Origin: Escherichia phage AV126
DNA: 64,000 nt
Sequence record: OR352956.1
Reading direction: 5' to 3' (one strand)
Part shown: positions 18,159 to 26,476 of the stretch, piece by piece
Numbering within the stretch: the stretch's first letter is position 1
How the letters are laid out: the number at the start of each line of letters is the position of its first letter
Made by a program: the position numbers and the translations under genes
Notes under the pieces: model-generated
Told to the model about the DNA's origin: nothing
The model's input: only the letters and a program-made list of their open reading frames with translations
Databases searched by the model: none

Positions 18159-18212
18159 CATATCGCCGCCACTGGCATAATATTTACCACGTAGGGCGGC
18201 AATGGTGCCGCT
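18155..18212 (+). promoter_or_regulatory. PeSL-like cassette 4
   Basis: TTGACA (contains TGA stop of upstream ORF) / TAATAT / GGGCGGCAATGGTGCCGCTC; peptide ORF at 18241. Confidence 0.65.
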
Positions 18213-18240
18213 CATAGTGAAATTATACAGGAGGTTTACA

Positions 18241-18336
18241 ATGATTAATAAAGAAAATAGCTTGACGGTTGGAACGATTAACGCTATCATTTTCGCCGTT
18301 CCATTTTGGGTTGTAGTAGCGGCTATTATTTTCTAA
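18241..18336 (+). CDS. hypothetical hydrophobic peptide (31 aa)
   Basis: ATG after AGGAGG, downstream of PeSL-like cassette; predicted single transmembrane segment. Confidence 0.35.
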   Translation: MINKENSLTVGTINAIIFAVPFWVVVAAIIF

Positions 18337-18344
18337 AAAATATT

Positions 18345-18406
18345 CTTGACAACGTTTTTTAATCTGATAAGATGTATCACATAGGGCGGCGGAATACTTC
18401 CCCGCC
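18345..18406 (+). promoter_or_regulatory. PeSL-like cassette 5
   Basis: TTGACA / TGaTAAGAT / hairpin; ORF at 18428. Confidence 0.65.
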
Positions 18407-18427
18407 AAAACAAAAAAGGGTAACACA

Positions 18428-18790
18428 ATGAGCAAGCAAATCAATACTATCATGTTTAATCTGGTATCTTTCCGCGATGATATGAAAAATTTACCACGTG
18501 AAACGGTTGATATTCATGTTTCAGCTTATCGCGCCCTTATTGATATGTTACCGCTAAAACGTGATCAACATGCCGCTAATATGATGCTTAATGCTATGCT
18601 TAAAAAGATGATTCAAACGGATCTTACTCTGGCATATGAGTATCAAGGGCGCTTATATGCTACTTACAACAAAGCGGTACCTGGTCTGGGAAGTACCGAA
18701 GAGTTGCACGGCTTAAACCTGGATCAGAACACTTGGGATAGTATGCGCCGCGTTATGGTATGGGCCGAAAGCGGTAAAATTTACGAATAA
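18428..18790 (+). CDS. hypothetical protein (120 aa)
   Basis: Downstream of PeSL-like cassette. Confidence 0.55.
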   Translation: MSKQINTIMFNLVSFRDDMKNLPRETVDIHVSAYRALIDMLPLKRDQHAANMMLNAMLKKMIQTDLTLAYEYQGRLYATYNKAVPGLGSTEELHGLNLDQNTWDSMRRVMVWAESGKIYE

Positions 18791-18796
18791 AAACGG

Positions 18797-18856
18797 TTGA
18801 CACTGTTTAAAATGCTGGTATAGTTTATCACATAGGGCGGGAAGTGGTTTCCCGCC
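18797..18856 (+). promoter_or_regulatory. PeSL-like cassette 6
   Basis: TTGACA / TATAGT / GGGCGGGAAGTGGTTTCCCGCC; ORF at 18879. Confidence 0.65.
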
Positions 18857-18878
18857 AACAATGAAAAAGGTTATCATC

Positions 18879-19244
18879 ATGGCTATTAATATTAATGTTT
18901 CCGCTTATGCTACCCTGGCTAACACGGCTAAAATTGAATTATCCAGCATTGAGGCGGTGCATATTAGCGCCCGTCGCTGGTTTCAACAGTCCTACGGTAA
19001 CACGTATTTTTCTTTAATGGTTGACGTTGAGATCGGCGGTAAACTGATCGAGGTGGTTAACGTTCCGTTTCAATATGGCTATGGTGATCATTTTGATACC
19101 GTCGCCCTGGAAGAATTTAGCAAGGTTATCAACCTTGAGGGCAAGGAATTTTCACGCGGCGCGTATCTTTCCCGTTTTTGCCGTGACAATGGGATCACTG
19201 TATACAGTCATGCAAGCGATGTTAAACGTAAAAAAGATCTATAA
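18879..19244 (+). CDS. hypothetical protein (about 121 aa)
   Basis: Downstream of PeSL-like cassette; ATG 18879 preferred over 18861. Confidence 0.5.
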   Translation: MAININVSAYATLANTAKIELSSIEAVHISARRWFQQSYGNTYFSLMVDVEIGGKLIEVVNVPFQYGYGDHFDTVALEEFSKVINLEGKEFSRGAYLSRFCRDNGITVYSHASDVKRKKDL

Positions 19245-19250
19245 AAAGCA

Positions 19251-19310
19251 TTGACAGCACGAATAAAAAGAGTAAACTGTATTACATAGAGAGCGGGAAC
19301 ACTTCCCGCC
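19251..19310 (+). promoter_or_regulatory. PeSL-like cassette 7
   Basis: TTGACA / TAAACT / GAGCGGGAACACTTCCCGCC; ORF at 19334. Confidence 0.65.
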
Positions 19311-19333
19311 TCACTGAAAAAGAGAGAAAAATC

Positions 19334-19573
19334 ATGGCTAAATCTAAAATGTACAACGGTCACAAAAACAAAACTCATTGGAATGTAAGCCTGTGGATTA
19401 ATAACGATGAGGGATTGTATCGGTTTGCATTGGGATTGATCAATGAGTGCGGTAATAAAGATCAGGCGGCTGATTTAATGTGCTACCGTTTGAAACAGGA
19501 TGGAATCACTACAACGCCAGACGGCTTTAAGTATAGTAAAACTGCAATCCGCGCCGCTATGGTTGGAATGTAA
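19334..19573 (+). CDS. hypothetical protein (79 aa)
   Basis: Downstream of PeSL-like cassette. Confidence 0.55.
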   Translation: MAKSKMYNGHKNKTHWNVSLWINNDEGLYRFALGLINECGNKDQAADLMCYRLKQDGITTTPDGFKYSKTAIRAAMVGM

Positions 19574-19582
19574 TAAAAACAG

Positions 19583-19642
19583 TTGACAACGTTTAAAATT
19601 AGTGTAAGATGTATCACATAGGGCGGGAAGTGGTTTCCCGCC
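19583..19642 (+). promoter_or_regulatory. PeSL-like cassette 8
   Basis: TTGACA / TGTAAGAT / GGGCGGGAAGTGGTTTCCCGCC; ORF at 19665. Confidence 0.65.
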
Positions 19643-19664
19643 AACAACAGAGAGATTAAAGATT

Positions 19665-19892
19665 ATGGCTATCAATATTGTTCGTGTATCCGGCACCGTT
19701 GGCAGTTCCCAGGTTGTAGCAGTTGTAACAAACAAAAAGATTAATGATGTATGTGAGATCTTGAATAAGTGGGCTATTGCTAATTTTGGGGAATATGCAA
19801 GCGTTGAGTACATCGAATCCTACCAGGTGCCGACCATCAGCCTAACCGATCTCAACGTTGATCGCCTGTTATGCCTGGATGAATTAATCTGA
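19665..19892 (+). CDS. hypothetical protein (75 aa)
   Basis: Downstream of PeSL-like cassette. Confidence 0.55.
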   Translation: MAINIVRVSGTVGSSQVVAVVTNKKINDVCEILNKWAIANFGEYASVEYIESYQVPTISLTDLNVDRLLCLDELI

Positions 19893-19901
19893 AAAAGATT
19901 G

Positions 19902-19959
19902 TTGACACGGGAAAGAAAAAGAGTAAACTGTATTACGTAGGGCGGCAATAGTGCCGCTC
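19902..19959 (+). promoter_or_regulatory. PeSL-like cassette 9
   Basis: TTGACA / TAAACT / GGGCGGCAATAGTGCCGCTC; ORF at 19983. Confidence 0.65.
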
Positions 19960-19982
19960 ACAACAGAAGAGAGATTATCACG

Positions 19983-20198
19983 ATGGCTAATATCCGTACA
20001 CTGTTAAAAAATGCAAGTCAAGTTTTATTTTCAGATGACGAGTATTTCAACAAAGACATTACAGGCGTGAAAAATTTAAAAGACGTGAAGGATGTTATCG
20101 GTATCCGTGGATCTTTACGTAAAGGTGATATATACGGTAACAAGGTGCAATATAAACTGTCAAAAGATTATGATTTTACTTTGACAATTATTTCATAA
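19983..20198 (+). CDS. hypothetical protein (71 aa)
   Basis: Downstream of PeSL-like cassette. Confidence 0.55.
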   Translation: MANIRTLLKNASQVLFSDDEYFNKDITGVKNLKDVKDVIGIRGSLRKGDIYGNKVQYKLSKDYDFTLTIIS

Positions 20199-20204
20199 AA
20201 CCGC

Positions 20205-20266
20205 TTGCAATCTTAATAAAATAAAGTAAACTGTATTACATCAAGGCGGCGGAATGGTCCACCGCC
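20205..20266 (+). promoter_or_regulatory. PeSL-like cassette 10
   Basis: TTGCAA / TAAACT / AGGCGGCGGAATGGTCCACCGCCT; ORF at 20291. Confidence 0.55.
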
Positions 20267-20290
20267 TAACAAAGAGAAGAGGAAAATATT

Positions 20291-20458
20291 ATGATCACTT
20301 TCGCTACCCGTGAAGCCGCTCGCAACGTTGCCCGTAAAGTTAACGCCGCCAACCTGGGCGCTACACTTAAAGCCCCGGTAAAAGATGCATCAGGCGCGTG
20401 GATCTTCCCTGGTCTGCGTCACGCTGATAAGCTAGGCACTTTAAGCCTTAAAAAATAA
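20291..20458 (+). CDS. hypothetical small basic protein (55 aa)
   Basis: ATG after GAGGAAAA downstream of PeSL-like cassette; shares MITFA start with next ORF. Confidence 0.4.
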   Translation: MITFATREAARNVARKVNAANLGATLKAPVKDASGAWIFPGLRHADKLGTLSLKK

Positions 20459-20461
20459 TCG

Positions 20462-20500
20462 TTGACTTTTCGTTATAGCGCCTTATAATGGGCGCTATAG
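20462..20500 (+). promoter_or_regulatory. promoter cassette 11 (variant; hairpin overlaps -10)
   Basis: TTGACT / TATAAT flanked by inverted repeat ATAGCGCC...GGCGCTAT; ORF at 20533. Confidence 0.55.
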
Positions 20501-20532
20501 AGAAGAGAAACCACTACTAACAAGGAAACATC

Positions 20533-20754
20533 ATGATCACTTTCGCTATTGTCGCCGTTGTCGCTGGTCAGGTTTACGTAAACGAGACATTTACTACAGA
20601 AGACAAGGCCGCAGGAGATATAACCGCCGTTTACAACGAGTGCAAGGCAGTAGAAAGGATGTTAGCGCCTTGTATGCTAATGAGTGAACGCCAGGACGGG
20701 ATAACAGTATTTACTAACATTGAAACAGGGTACCAAATGGTAGTAACAAAATAA
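20533..20754 (+). CDS. hypothetical protein (73 aa)
   Basis: Downstream of variant promoter cassette. Confidence 0.5.
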   Translation: MITFAIVAVVAGQVYVNETFTTEDKAAGDITAVYNECKAVERMLAPCMLMSERQDGITVFTNIETGYQMVVTK

Positions 20755-20757
20755 AGC

Positions 20758-20814
20758 TTGACACGGATTTAATTTTCAGTAAACTGTTACACGTAGGGCG
20801 GGAATAGTTCCCGC
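20758..20814 (+). promoter_or_regulatory. PeSL-like cassette 12
   Basis: TTGACA / TAAACT / GGGCGGGAATAGTTCCCGCTC; ORF at 20834. Confidence 0.65.
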
Positions 20815-20833
20815 TCAAAAAGAGAGAAAGACT

Positions 20834-21187
20834 ATGAAAGCACAAAATGCAATTAAAGAGTACATCCTTGCCGCTATCGATTTTAATGATTACGGTATTA
20901 CAACCGAAAAAGAGAAGATCGCGGAATTGATGCGCCGTTTTAATTCCGAGTACTGGTACCCTGATAACCAATCACGTTTTAATTATAGTATTGTTAAAGC
21001 ACTTGCATCATGGTTACAAGGTTTGCCATCAGATATCAATATCGCTTTCGAATATTGGGAAATTGATCGCCTGTTAACATCCTGGGGATACATTAAAGAG
21101 AATAGCCGCGATGATAAAATCCAACGAGAAAGGGAAAATTATTGGCTTTATATTGCAGGCGTGATCCTTGCTTGCTCTTATGAATGA
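20834..21187 (+). CDS. hypothetical protein (117 aa)
   Basis: Downstream of PeSL-like cassette. Confidence 0.55.
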   Translation: MKAQNAIKEYILAAIDFNDYGITTEKEKIAELMRRFNSEYWYPDNQSRFNYSIVKALASWLQGLPSDINIAFEYWEIDRLLTSWGYIKENSRDDKIQRERENYWLYIAGVILACSYE

Positions 21188-21193
21188 TAAACC

Positions 21194-21249
21194 TTGACAA
21201 TTTTACAAAACAGTTTAAATTAACAATATAGCGGCAATGGTGCCGCTCA
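21194..21249 (+). promoter_or_regulatory. PeSL-like cassette 13
   Basis: TTGACA / TTTAAAT / AGCGGCAATGGTGCCGCTC; ORF at 21267. Confidence 0.55.
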
Positions 21250-21266
21250 TATGAAGAGGAAACAAA

Positions 21267-21413
21267 ATGAATACATCTAATCGCGCAGAAAAAATTCAAT
21301 CTTCCAAGATCCGCAAGGCCTGGAACGAGGAAGTGATCCGCAAAGGCGACAAGCGTAATAAAACAAAGCGCGGGAAGAGTGACAAATATAATTGGATGGA
21401 TTTAGAGGATTAA
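21267..21413 (+). CDS. hypothetical small basic protein (48 aa)
   Basis: ATG after GAGGAAAC downstream of PeSL-like cassette; followed by terminator at 21421. Confidence 0.4.
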   Translation: MNTSNRAEKIQSSKIRKAWNEEVIRKGDKRNKTKRGKSDKYNWMDLED

Positions 21414-21420
21414 CATAACA

Positions 21421-21448
21421 AGGGCGCACCAAGCGCCCTTTCTTTTTA
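21421..21448 (+). terminator. rho-independent terminator
   Basis: AGGGCGCACCAAGCGCCCT + TTCTTTTT. Confidence 0.8.
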
Positions 21449-21468
21449 CATGTAGAGGATAAACAAAA

Positions 21469-21654
21469 ATGACTTTAAACGAGCTTAAAACAGCGTACAG
21501 CGCAACATTAAAAATAGCCGTGCGTTACCGTGACGAATACGGTTTTATTGCGCAGGGCGTGATCCTGGGCTTTTCTGACGATGGTTTGATCTATGTTGAT
21601 GCACATTATAACAAGGTTAAACCGGAAAACGTTATTAGCATAAAATATCTTTAA
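21469..21654 (+). CDS. hypothetical protein (61 aa)
   Basis: ORF after terminator; GAGGATAAACA upstream. Confidence 0.45.
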   Translation: MTLNELKTAYSATLKIAVRYRDEYGFIAQGVILGFSDDGLIYVDAHYNKVKPENVISIKYL

Positions 21655-21660
21655 AAACGG

Positions 21661-21720
21661 TTGACACCATAACCGGACCTGTTAAACTGTATTACATCAG
21701 GCGGGGAATAGTTCCCCACC
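21661..21720 (+). promoter_or_regulatory. PeSL-like cassette 14
   Basis: TTGACA / TAAACT / GGCGGGGAATAGTTCCCCACC; ORF at 21740. Confidence 0.65.
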
Positions 21721-21739
21721 ATACAAAAAGGTAAATATT

Positions 21740-21946
21740 ATGATCACCGCAAAACAAGAAAAAATCATTATCGACGTTGCAGCCGTTGCCGCTATCGCTA
21801 TTATTGGATCTTATTATGATACCCGTTTCCCGTCGGCTATGCATGAGGTCGCCGCCGTTGCATCAGTTGGCGTACTGTTTTACGTTGGTAAACGCTATTT
21901 ATCACCAATGATTAACAAGCTGACACCGTGGAAAAATAAAGGTTGA
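21740..21946 (+). CDS. hypothetical membrane protein (68 aa)
   Basis: Downstream of PeSL-like cassette; hydrophobic AAVAAIAIIGSYY. Confidence 0.5.
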   Translation: MITAKQEKIIIDVAAVAAIAIIGSYYDTRFPSAMHEVAAVASVGVLFYVGKRYLSPMINKLTPWKNKG

Positions 21947-21998
21947 TCCTGTTTTACATTGTGTTATAGTTATCGTGTAGGGCGGCAATGGTGCCGCG
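21943..21998 (+). promoter_or_regulatory. PeSL-like cassette 15
   Basis: TTGATC / TGtTATAGT / GGGCGGCAATGGTGCCGC; ORF at 22018. Confidence 0.55.
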
Positions 21999-22017
21999 CC
22001 CCTTTGAGGATGCAATC

Positions 22018-22302
22018 ATGAGTAAAGCTAACACCGTGCTAATGTTTTCCCTGATTAATGATCTCGCTTACTTGTCCAACATGACGCAGGAGGGTAACAC
22101 ATTAACGGCAACATTCACCAATAAGCTTGACCGAGTGATCATCGTCTCACTGAAAACAGTTAGTAAAGGCTTTTACTCGTTAGCTTATCATTGTATCACT
22201 GACACCGACGAGACAAGCCAGGACTATAGCGCCCCTTTCCCTGAATCAATGGCACGGGAGATCATCGCCGCCGTTGTAAATGATGGTTTGTTTACTGCAT
22301 AA
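22018..22302 (+). CDS. hypothetical protein (94 aa)
   Basis: ATG at 22018 after GAGGATG; ORF-track start at 21988 lies inside the cassette hairpin. Confidence 0.5.
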   Translation: MSKANTVLMFSLINDLAYLSNMTQEGNTLTATFTNKLDRVIIVSLKTVSKGFYSLAYHCITDTDETSQDYSAPFPESMAREIIAAVVNDGLFTA

Positions 22303-22319
22303 ATAATTTAGAAAAAGGC

Positions 22320-22376
22320 TTGCAATCATTTTGAGATAGTGTATATTTAATTCATAGGGCGGCGGGAATAGTTCCC
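22320..22376 (+). promoter_or_regulatory. PeSL-like cassette 16
   Basis: TTGCAA / TATATT / GGGCGGCGGGAATAGTTCCC; peptide ORF at 22400. Confidence 0.5.
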
Positions 22377-22399
22377 AAAGCAAACGAGAGGATTACACG

Positions 22400-22519
22400 A
22401 TGAGCAAGTACACAGTAGAATACACGGTAGAGAATCCGGCAGTATCCGAAGGTAAAAAGATGACATTTGCCATCAGTATAATCGCTTTCGTTGTCACTAT
22501 CTTATCAATCATCTTATAA
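22400..22519 (+). CDS. hypothetical hydrophobic peptide (39 aa)
   Basis: Downstream of PeSL-like cassette; C-terminal TM-like segment. Confidence 0.35.
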   Translation: MSKYTVEYTVENPAVSEGKKMTFAISIIAFVVTILSIIL

Positions 22520-22529
22520 GGTACACACC

Positions 22530-22691
22530 ATGAAAATAGCAGACATTATCAAAGAGATCGCCCTTGCCACTGGTATCGAGATCGAGGAAGTGATCGCGCT
22601 CAATCTTACAGAAAACGATTTGCGCAACTATGAAGCGGAAAGCGTGAAAGCAAGTGGCGCGGTCCTGGCATATAATCCGGCTAACAAATAG
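22530..22691 (+). CDS. hypothetical small protein (53 aa)
   Basis: First ATG of ORF-track ORF 22491..22691. Confidence 0.4.
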   Translation: MKIADIIKEIALATGIEIEEVIALNLTENDLRNYEAESVKASGAVLAYNPANK

Positions 22692-22692
22692 T

Positions 22693-22750
22693 TTGACAAG
22701 CTGAATCAACCTGATAAGATGTATGACATAGGGGCGACAAGCGCCCCGCC
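22693..22750 (+). promoter_or_regulatory. PeSL-like cassette 17
   Basis: TTGACA / TGaTAAGAT / GGGGCGACAAGCGCCCCGCC; ORF at 22772. Confidence 0.65.
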
Positions 22751-22771
22751 TAACAGAAGAGAGAAAAAATC

Positions 22772-23050
22772 ATGACCATCACCAAATTATCTACCGAAGA
22801 GATCACCAACATTCTGACTACTAATCTGCAAGATTGGAAGCGTGAAGCCGATTTGCAAGCGGTTTGCAAGCTGAATGTAGAGTTAACAGAAAGCGACATT
22901 GACGCCATTATTAACCCTGATTTCTATGATGCTATTCATGATGATTCTATTATCCTTGAAACACTATTAGATAATACTTGGATCAATCCCGATTTGGCAG
23001 CTTATGACCGTAGCGCCTTTATCACTATCCACAATATCTATAACCGTTAA
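22772..23050 (+). CDS. hypothetical protein (92 aa)
   Basis: Downstream of PeSL-like cassette. Confidence 0.55.
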   Translation: MTITKLSTEEITNILTTNLQDWKREADLQAVCKLNVELTESDIDAIINPDFYDAIHDDSIILETLLDNTWINPDLAAYDRSAFITIHNIYNR

Positions 23051-23172
23051 GGGGCGTAGCATGAATCCGAGAGATATGCAATCATGGAAAGGGTGCGACG
23101 ATCTAAGCGCCTTGCGCAATAAGTCAAGCCGTAACCTTAGACGGTTGGAAGCAAAGAAAAAGAAAAAATAGT

Positions 23173-23230
23173 TTGACAAGTCGGCTTAGTCTGGTAATAT
23201 GTATCTTGTAGGGCGGCAATGGTGCCGCTC
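23173..23230 (+). promoter_or_regulatory. PeSL-like cassette 18
   Basis: TTGACA / TGgTAATAT / GGGCGGCAATGGTGCCGCTC; ORF at 23250. Confidence 0.65.
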
Positions 23231-23249
23231 ACAAGAAGAGAGAAAAATC

Positions 23250-23534
23250 ATGGAAATCACAAAAAGCCTAACTAATTATGCAGCACGTCGCGGATTATGT
23301 TTAACCGTTGAAAACTTAGGGAAAGAAGACTTTTTGTGTTTTTGGGAGCTTGAAAATGATTGCGAGTGGATGTTTTCCTATTCTATCTGCGAAGATCAAA
23401 ACGGTTGTTTGTTAACCTGGCGCGGTAATATCTATTTACCGGAAGAAATTAAAGAAGAGTTACCAGGTACAATCATGACAGAGAGACAGCTTAAGGAAGT
23501 GATCAATTTTGTAGGGCAAAACATTAAAAAATAA
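23250..23534 (+). CDS. hypothetical protein (94 aa)
   Basis: ATG at 23250 after GAGAGAAAAA downstream of cassette. Confidence 0.5.
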   Translation: MEITKSLTNYAARRGLCLTVENLGKEDFLCFWELENDCEWMFSYSICEDQNGCLLTWRGNIYLPEEIKEELPGTIMTERQLKEVINFVGQNIKK

Positions 23535-23535
23535 T

Positions 23536-23597
23536 TTGACAGCACGCAAACAACGTAGTAAAGTTTACCACATAGGGCGGCGGAATGGTCCACCGCT
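23536..23597 (+). promoter_or_regulatory. PeSL-like cassette 19
   Basis: TTGACA / TAAAGT / GGGCGGCGGAATGGTCCACCGCTC; ORF at 23620. Confidence 0.65.
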
Positions 23598-23619
23598 CAC
23601 AACAGAAGAGAAACAAATC

Positions 23620-23790
23620 ATGATCCCGACTATGTTTTATGTATCGCGCAAAGGTCACAATATTTTTTGGTCTGAAGATTTAAATGAAGCCATGACGTTT
23701 GCCCGTGATCGTGTTGCTATCGGTGGCGTTAACATCACCGTAACCGATGAAAATGGCATTGAATACTATAACGGCGACGATGAAGAGTAA
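23620..23790 (+). CDS. hypothetical small protein (56 aa)
   Basis: ATG at 23620 downstream of cassette. Confidence 0.45.
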   Translation: MIPTMFYVSRKGHNIFWSEDLNEAMTFARDRVAIGGVNITVTDENGIEYYNGDDEE

Positions 23791-23856
23791 TTAATAAGGC
23801 GGGGAATACTTCCCGCCACGCAGTGAATTTTCCGTTTGGGAAGTAAAAAATAAATC

Positions 23857-23917
23857 TTGACGATAATTTGTTATCTGATAGAATGTATTTCGTAGGGCGG
23901 GGCAATAAGGCAACGCC
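23857..23917 (+). promoter_or_regulatory. PeSL-like cassette 20
   Basis: TTGACG / TGaTAGAAT / GGGCGGGGCAATAAGGCAACGCCC; peptide ORF at 23937. Confidence 0.55.
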
Positions 23918-23936
23918 CATTAATGAGGGTAGAATC

Positions 23937-24041
23937 ATGTTAGAGAAAATTTTCACGGTTGCAGTAGTTGGCCTGGCGTTATCGGTTGGAGTGGTTGCAA
24001 CTATGGCTAATATGATCCTATCTTCCCACGGTATCGGCTAA
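23937..24041 (+). CDS. hypothetical hydrophobic peptide (34 aa)
   Basis: Downstream of PeSL-like cassette; TM-like AVVGLALSVGVVATMANMIL. Confidence 0.35.
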   Translation: MLEKIFTVAVVGLALSVGVVATMANMILSSHGIG

Positions 24042-24051
24042 GGTGAAACAA

Positions 24052-24267
24052 ATGATCACGAATAAGACAGGTAAAACGGAATTTTTACGCGGCTTGCAAG
24101 TTGGTAAACCTGAGATCTGGCATTGTACTAAATCCGCGCATAATGAAATGAAAGATTTTACCGCTACTTTACAACGTGTTAAAATATCTATCACACAGAA
24201 AAAAGCCTTGTTAGTAGTAGAAAACGAGATCCCGCAAACTATTATTATTGTCGAGCGTACAGCATGA
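24052..24267 (+). CDS. hypothetical protein (71 aa)
   Basis: ATG 24052 after AAGGTG (ORF track starts at GTG 24043). Confidence 0.5.
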   Translation: MITNKTGKTEFLRGLQVGKPEIWHCTKSAHNEMKDFTATLQRVKISITQKKALLVVENEIPQTIIIVERTA

Positions 24268-24650
24268 AAACAGAAATCATTATTGAAATCATCAACGGTT
24301 ATAAAGAAGCCTTTATTTTTGCTGAATCAGCAAGGGATCATGAAGGTAATTTTATTGAAAACTTAGACGATTATGATTTTTCTCCTAGCGCGGACGAACG
24401 GATCGCCCAGGATGTAACAGCCTTTATTAATGCTAATCTTGCCGCTATCTCTGAGGCAATGAGCGACGGCGCAACAGCCAACCAGATCGGGAATGATTTA
24501 CATTTTACCCGTAACGGTCACGGCGTAGGCTTTTGGGATCGCCCTGAAATATACACCACTAACACGGCGAACCGCCTAACCAATGCAGCTAAGTTTATGC
24601 CGAACGTGTCGGCTTACATTGGTGAAGATAATTTGATTTATATTGAATAA
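24264..24650 (+). CDS. hypothetical protein (128 aa)
   Basis: ORF overlapping previous stop by 4 nt. Confidence 0.55.
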   Translation: MKTEIIIEIINGYKEAFIFAESARDHEGNFIENLDDYDFSPSADERIAQDVTAFINANLAAISEAMSDGATANQIGNDLHFTRNGHGVGFWDRPEIYTTNTANRLTNAAKFMPNVSAYIGEDNLIYIE

Positions 24651-24656
24651 AAAGTA

Positions 24657-24712
24657 TTGACACAGATCGCCAGTGTGCTAATATTTACCACGTAGGGCGG
24701 CAATGGTGCCGC
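24657..24712 (+). promoter_or_regulatory. PeSL-like cassette 21
   Basis: TTGACA / TGcTAATAT / GGGCGGCAATGGTGCCGCC; ORF at 24732. Confidence 0.65.
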
Positions 24713-24731
24713 CGATAATGAGGAAAGTAAA

Positions 24732-25031
24732 ATGGAAACTATCGCTATTGTTACCGTAGAAAAACTGGTTGTTGGTGATGTATTCGCGTTAATGGTGCCT
24801 AACAGCAGCAAGCTGGGCGCTTATGAAGTAATGGATCATAAAAATGAATCATTTGGCGACGGTTGCACAATGGCGGTAAAATCTTTAAAGGATGGAATCA
24901 TCCGCCAGGCTAACTGGCACAAAGGGAATCAAGTCGGTTTAATATCAGCTAATTTCTTGCCAGAAGAGCAAACGTTAGACCAACTATCAGGCGGTAAGAC
25001 GTTAGCCGAACTACTGGAAACAGCGATCTAA
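24732..25031 (+). CDS. hypothetical protein (99 aa)
   Basis: Downstream of PeSL-like cassette. Confidence 0.55.
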   Translation: METIAIVTVEKLVVGDVFALMVPNSSKLGAYEVMDHKNESFGDGCTMAVKSLKDGIIRQANWHKGNQVGLISANFLPEEQTLDQLSGGKTLAELLETAI

Positions 25032-25075
25032 TCAACAAAGGGGCGGCAACGCCCCACATCAGAAAGGAAAAGATT

Positions 25076-25312
25076 ATGAGTATTGCAACAGTATTAAACG
25101 CCGTTAAAACCGCTGAATCATCCGGCTTGCATGTTGAGCTTATAGATCAACCAGGTGGCGATCTCCTTGTCCAGGTTTACCCGCCGAAAGTAGGGGATGA
25201 TTATTATTGGGCTTATTCTGATACGTTCGAACAAGTAGACACGAAAGCGATCACGGCTTTTATTTTAAAAGCTATTGAAGAAAATAACTTTCATCATAAC
25301 ATCAATCAATAA
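25076..25312 (+). CDS. hypothetical protein (78 aa)
   Basis: ORF preceded by GC hairpin and AGGAAAAG. Confidence 0.5.
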   Translation: MSIATVLNAVKTAESSGLHVELIDQPGGDLLVQVYPPKVGDDYYWAYSDTFEQVDTKAITAFILKAIEENNFHHNINQ

Positions 25313-25366
25313 ACCATAAGCGGGGCGGTAACGCCCCATTAAACGCAATAGGAAGAGGATAGACGC

Positions 25367-25657
25367 ATGAAAAAGATGATCGCAGTAGTTGCCCTGGTTG
25401 TTGGTATTAACGCGCCTGTACTGGCTAATGAGTTGCCAGAATCCATCACGCTAACCGATATCAACGCAATAAACCGGATCGGCGTTAATTATCGCCTATG
25501 CCTTGCCGCTAAAACTTTCCAGGACGGCACGACAGAATACCACGGATTCGAGGGTATCCGCTGCGGTGAGCTTGCACGCGACCTTAAGGAAGATCCAGAC
25601 CTTGAGGCCATACCGATGACCGTAAACGGTAAAGCTTACGTAAACCGCCAACAATGA
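25367..25657 (+). CDS. hypothetical secreted protein (96 aa)
   Basis: Signal-peptide-like MKKMIAVVALVVGINAPVLA. Confidence 0.5.
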   Translation: MKKMIAVVALVVGINAPVLANELPESITLTDINAINRIGVNYRLCLAAKTFQDGTTEYHGFEGIRCGELARDLKEDPDLEAIPMTVNGKAYVNRQQ

Positions 25658-25788
25658 GAAAGATAATCATCACAATGGGGATCGTAGTAGCAACGCTGGC
25701 GCTTATCCCCTTCATGGTTGAACATGTGCTGATCAGTGTTGTCCTTGTAGTCAGTGACCTATTGGAAACGGTTGGCAACTGGTTTTAA
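25654..25788 (+). CDS. hypothetical hydrophobic peptide (44 aa)
   Basis: ATG overlapping previous stop; two TM-like segments. Confidence 0.35.
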   Translation: MRKIIITMGIVVATLALIPFMVEHVLISVVLVVSDLLETVGNWF

Positions 25789-25963
25789 GATAAATAAACA
25801 GGGCTTGTTTTTGTCCTGTTTTTTGTTATACTTATTGAACGGGCGGCACTTGGGAGCAGGTGAAGATAATCACCGGAAGATCCCGCTATATATCGATAGC
25901 TAATACCTATCAAACAACAAAACATCAAAGAGATAAACTATCAAATCTTTACAATCCTACCTA

Positions 25964-26020
25964 TTGACACCGGATCACGCTTACATTATTATTTATCACG
26001 TAGGGCGAGCAATACAGCAA
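25964..26020 (+). promoter_or_regulatory. promoter cassette 22 (degenerate hairpin)
   Basis: TTGACA / TACATT-TATTAT / GGGCGAGCAATACAGCAAGCCC; ORF at 26042. Confidence 0.5.
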
Positions 26021-26041
26021 GCCCACAAAGAGGAAAAGAAG

Positions 26042-26410
26042 ATGAGCAAATCAGCAATTAAAGCAGTTGAAAAAGCGCAAGAAGTGATCGCAACGTCAAC
26101 CACTGGCGCAAAGGTTAATCTCGTTGGTTATCTGACAGATGAAGCTATCCGTAAAAATTGGCGTAATGCTGATTTACTGGCTTGCTTATTGATTAATAGT
26201 GTCGCTAATGCTTTCCAGTGTGAAACAGCCGAGAGCCTGGAGGAAAACTTGTTTGATAATATGGATCAAGCCATTGAAACCTATATACAATCAAACCTGG
26301 ATAGCTGGAACAGTAAGACATGGCCTGACAGCTTACGCGATACAACTGATCAACTGATCCGCCTTGCCCTGATGGTTGAACGCGATAACGTTCACAACCG
26401 CACAAAGTAA
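26042..26410 (+). CDS. hypothetical protein (about 123 aa)
   Basis: First ATG after AGAGGAAAAGAAG; ORF-track TTG start at 25964 is the -35 hexamer. Confidence 0.5.
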   Translation: MSKSAIKAVEKAQEVIATSTTGAKVNLVGYLTDEAIRKNWRNADLLACLLINSVANAFQCETAESLEENLFDNMDQAIETYIQSNLDSWNSKTWPDSLRDTTDQLIRLALMVERDNVHNRTK

Positions 26411-26476
26411 GATTATACAAGGGGCGCACTAAGCGCCCTTTAACGTAAAGAAATGTAAATAATGCGCTATCCCCTA

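Noticed and set aside
18223-18453. Minus-strand ORF (76 aa) inside the cassette array
   Set aside because: Overlaps a PeSL-like cassette and the start of the plus-strand gene at 18428; the only minus ORF in a uniformly plus-oriented operon structure.
25964-26041. ORF-track 5' extensions that begin at TTG/GTG upstream of cassette hairpins (e.g. 25964, 21988, 23199, 23536, 16627)
   Set aside because: The alternative start codon coincides with the -35 hexamer or lies upstream of the hairpin; first ATG after the purine-rich leader is the likely start.
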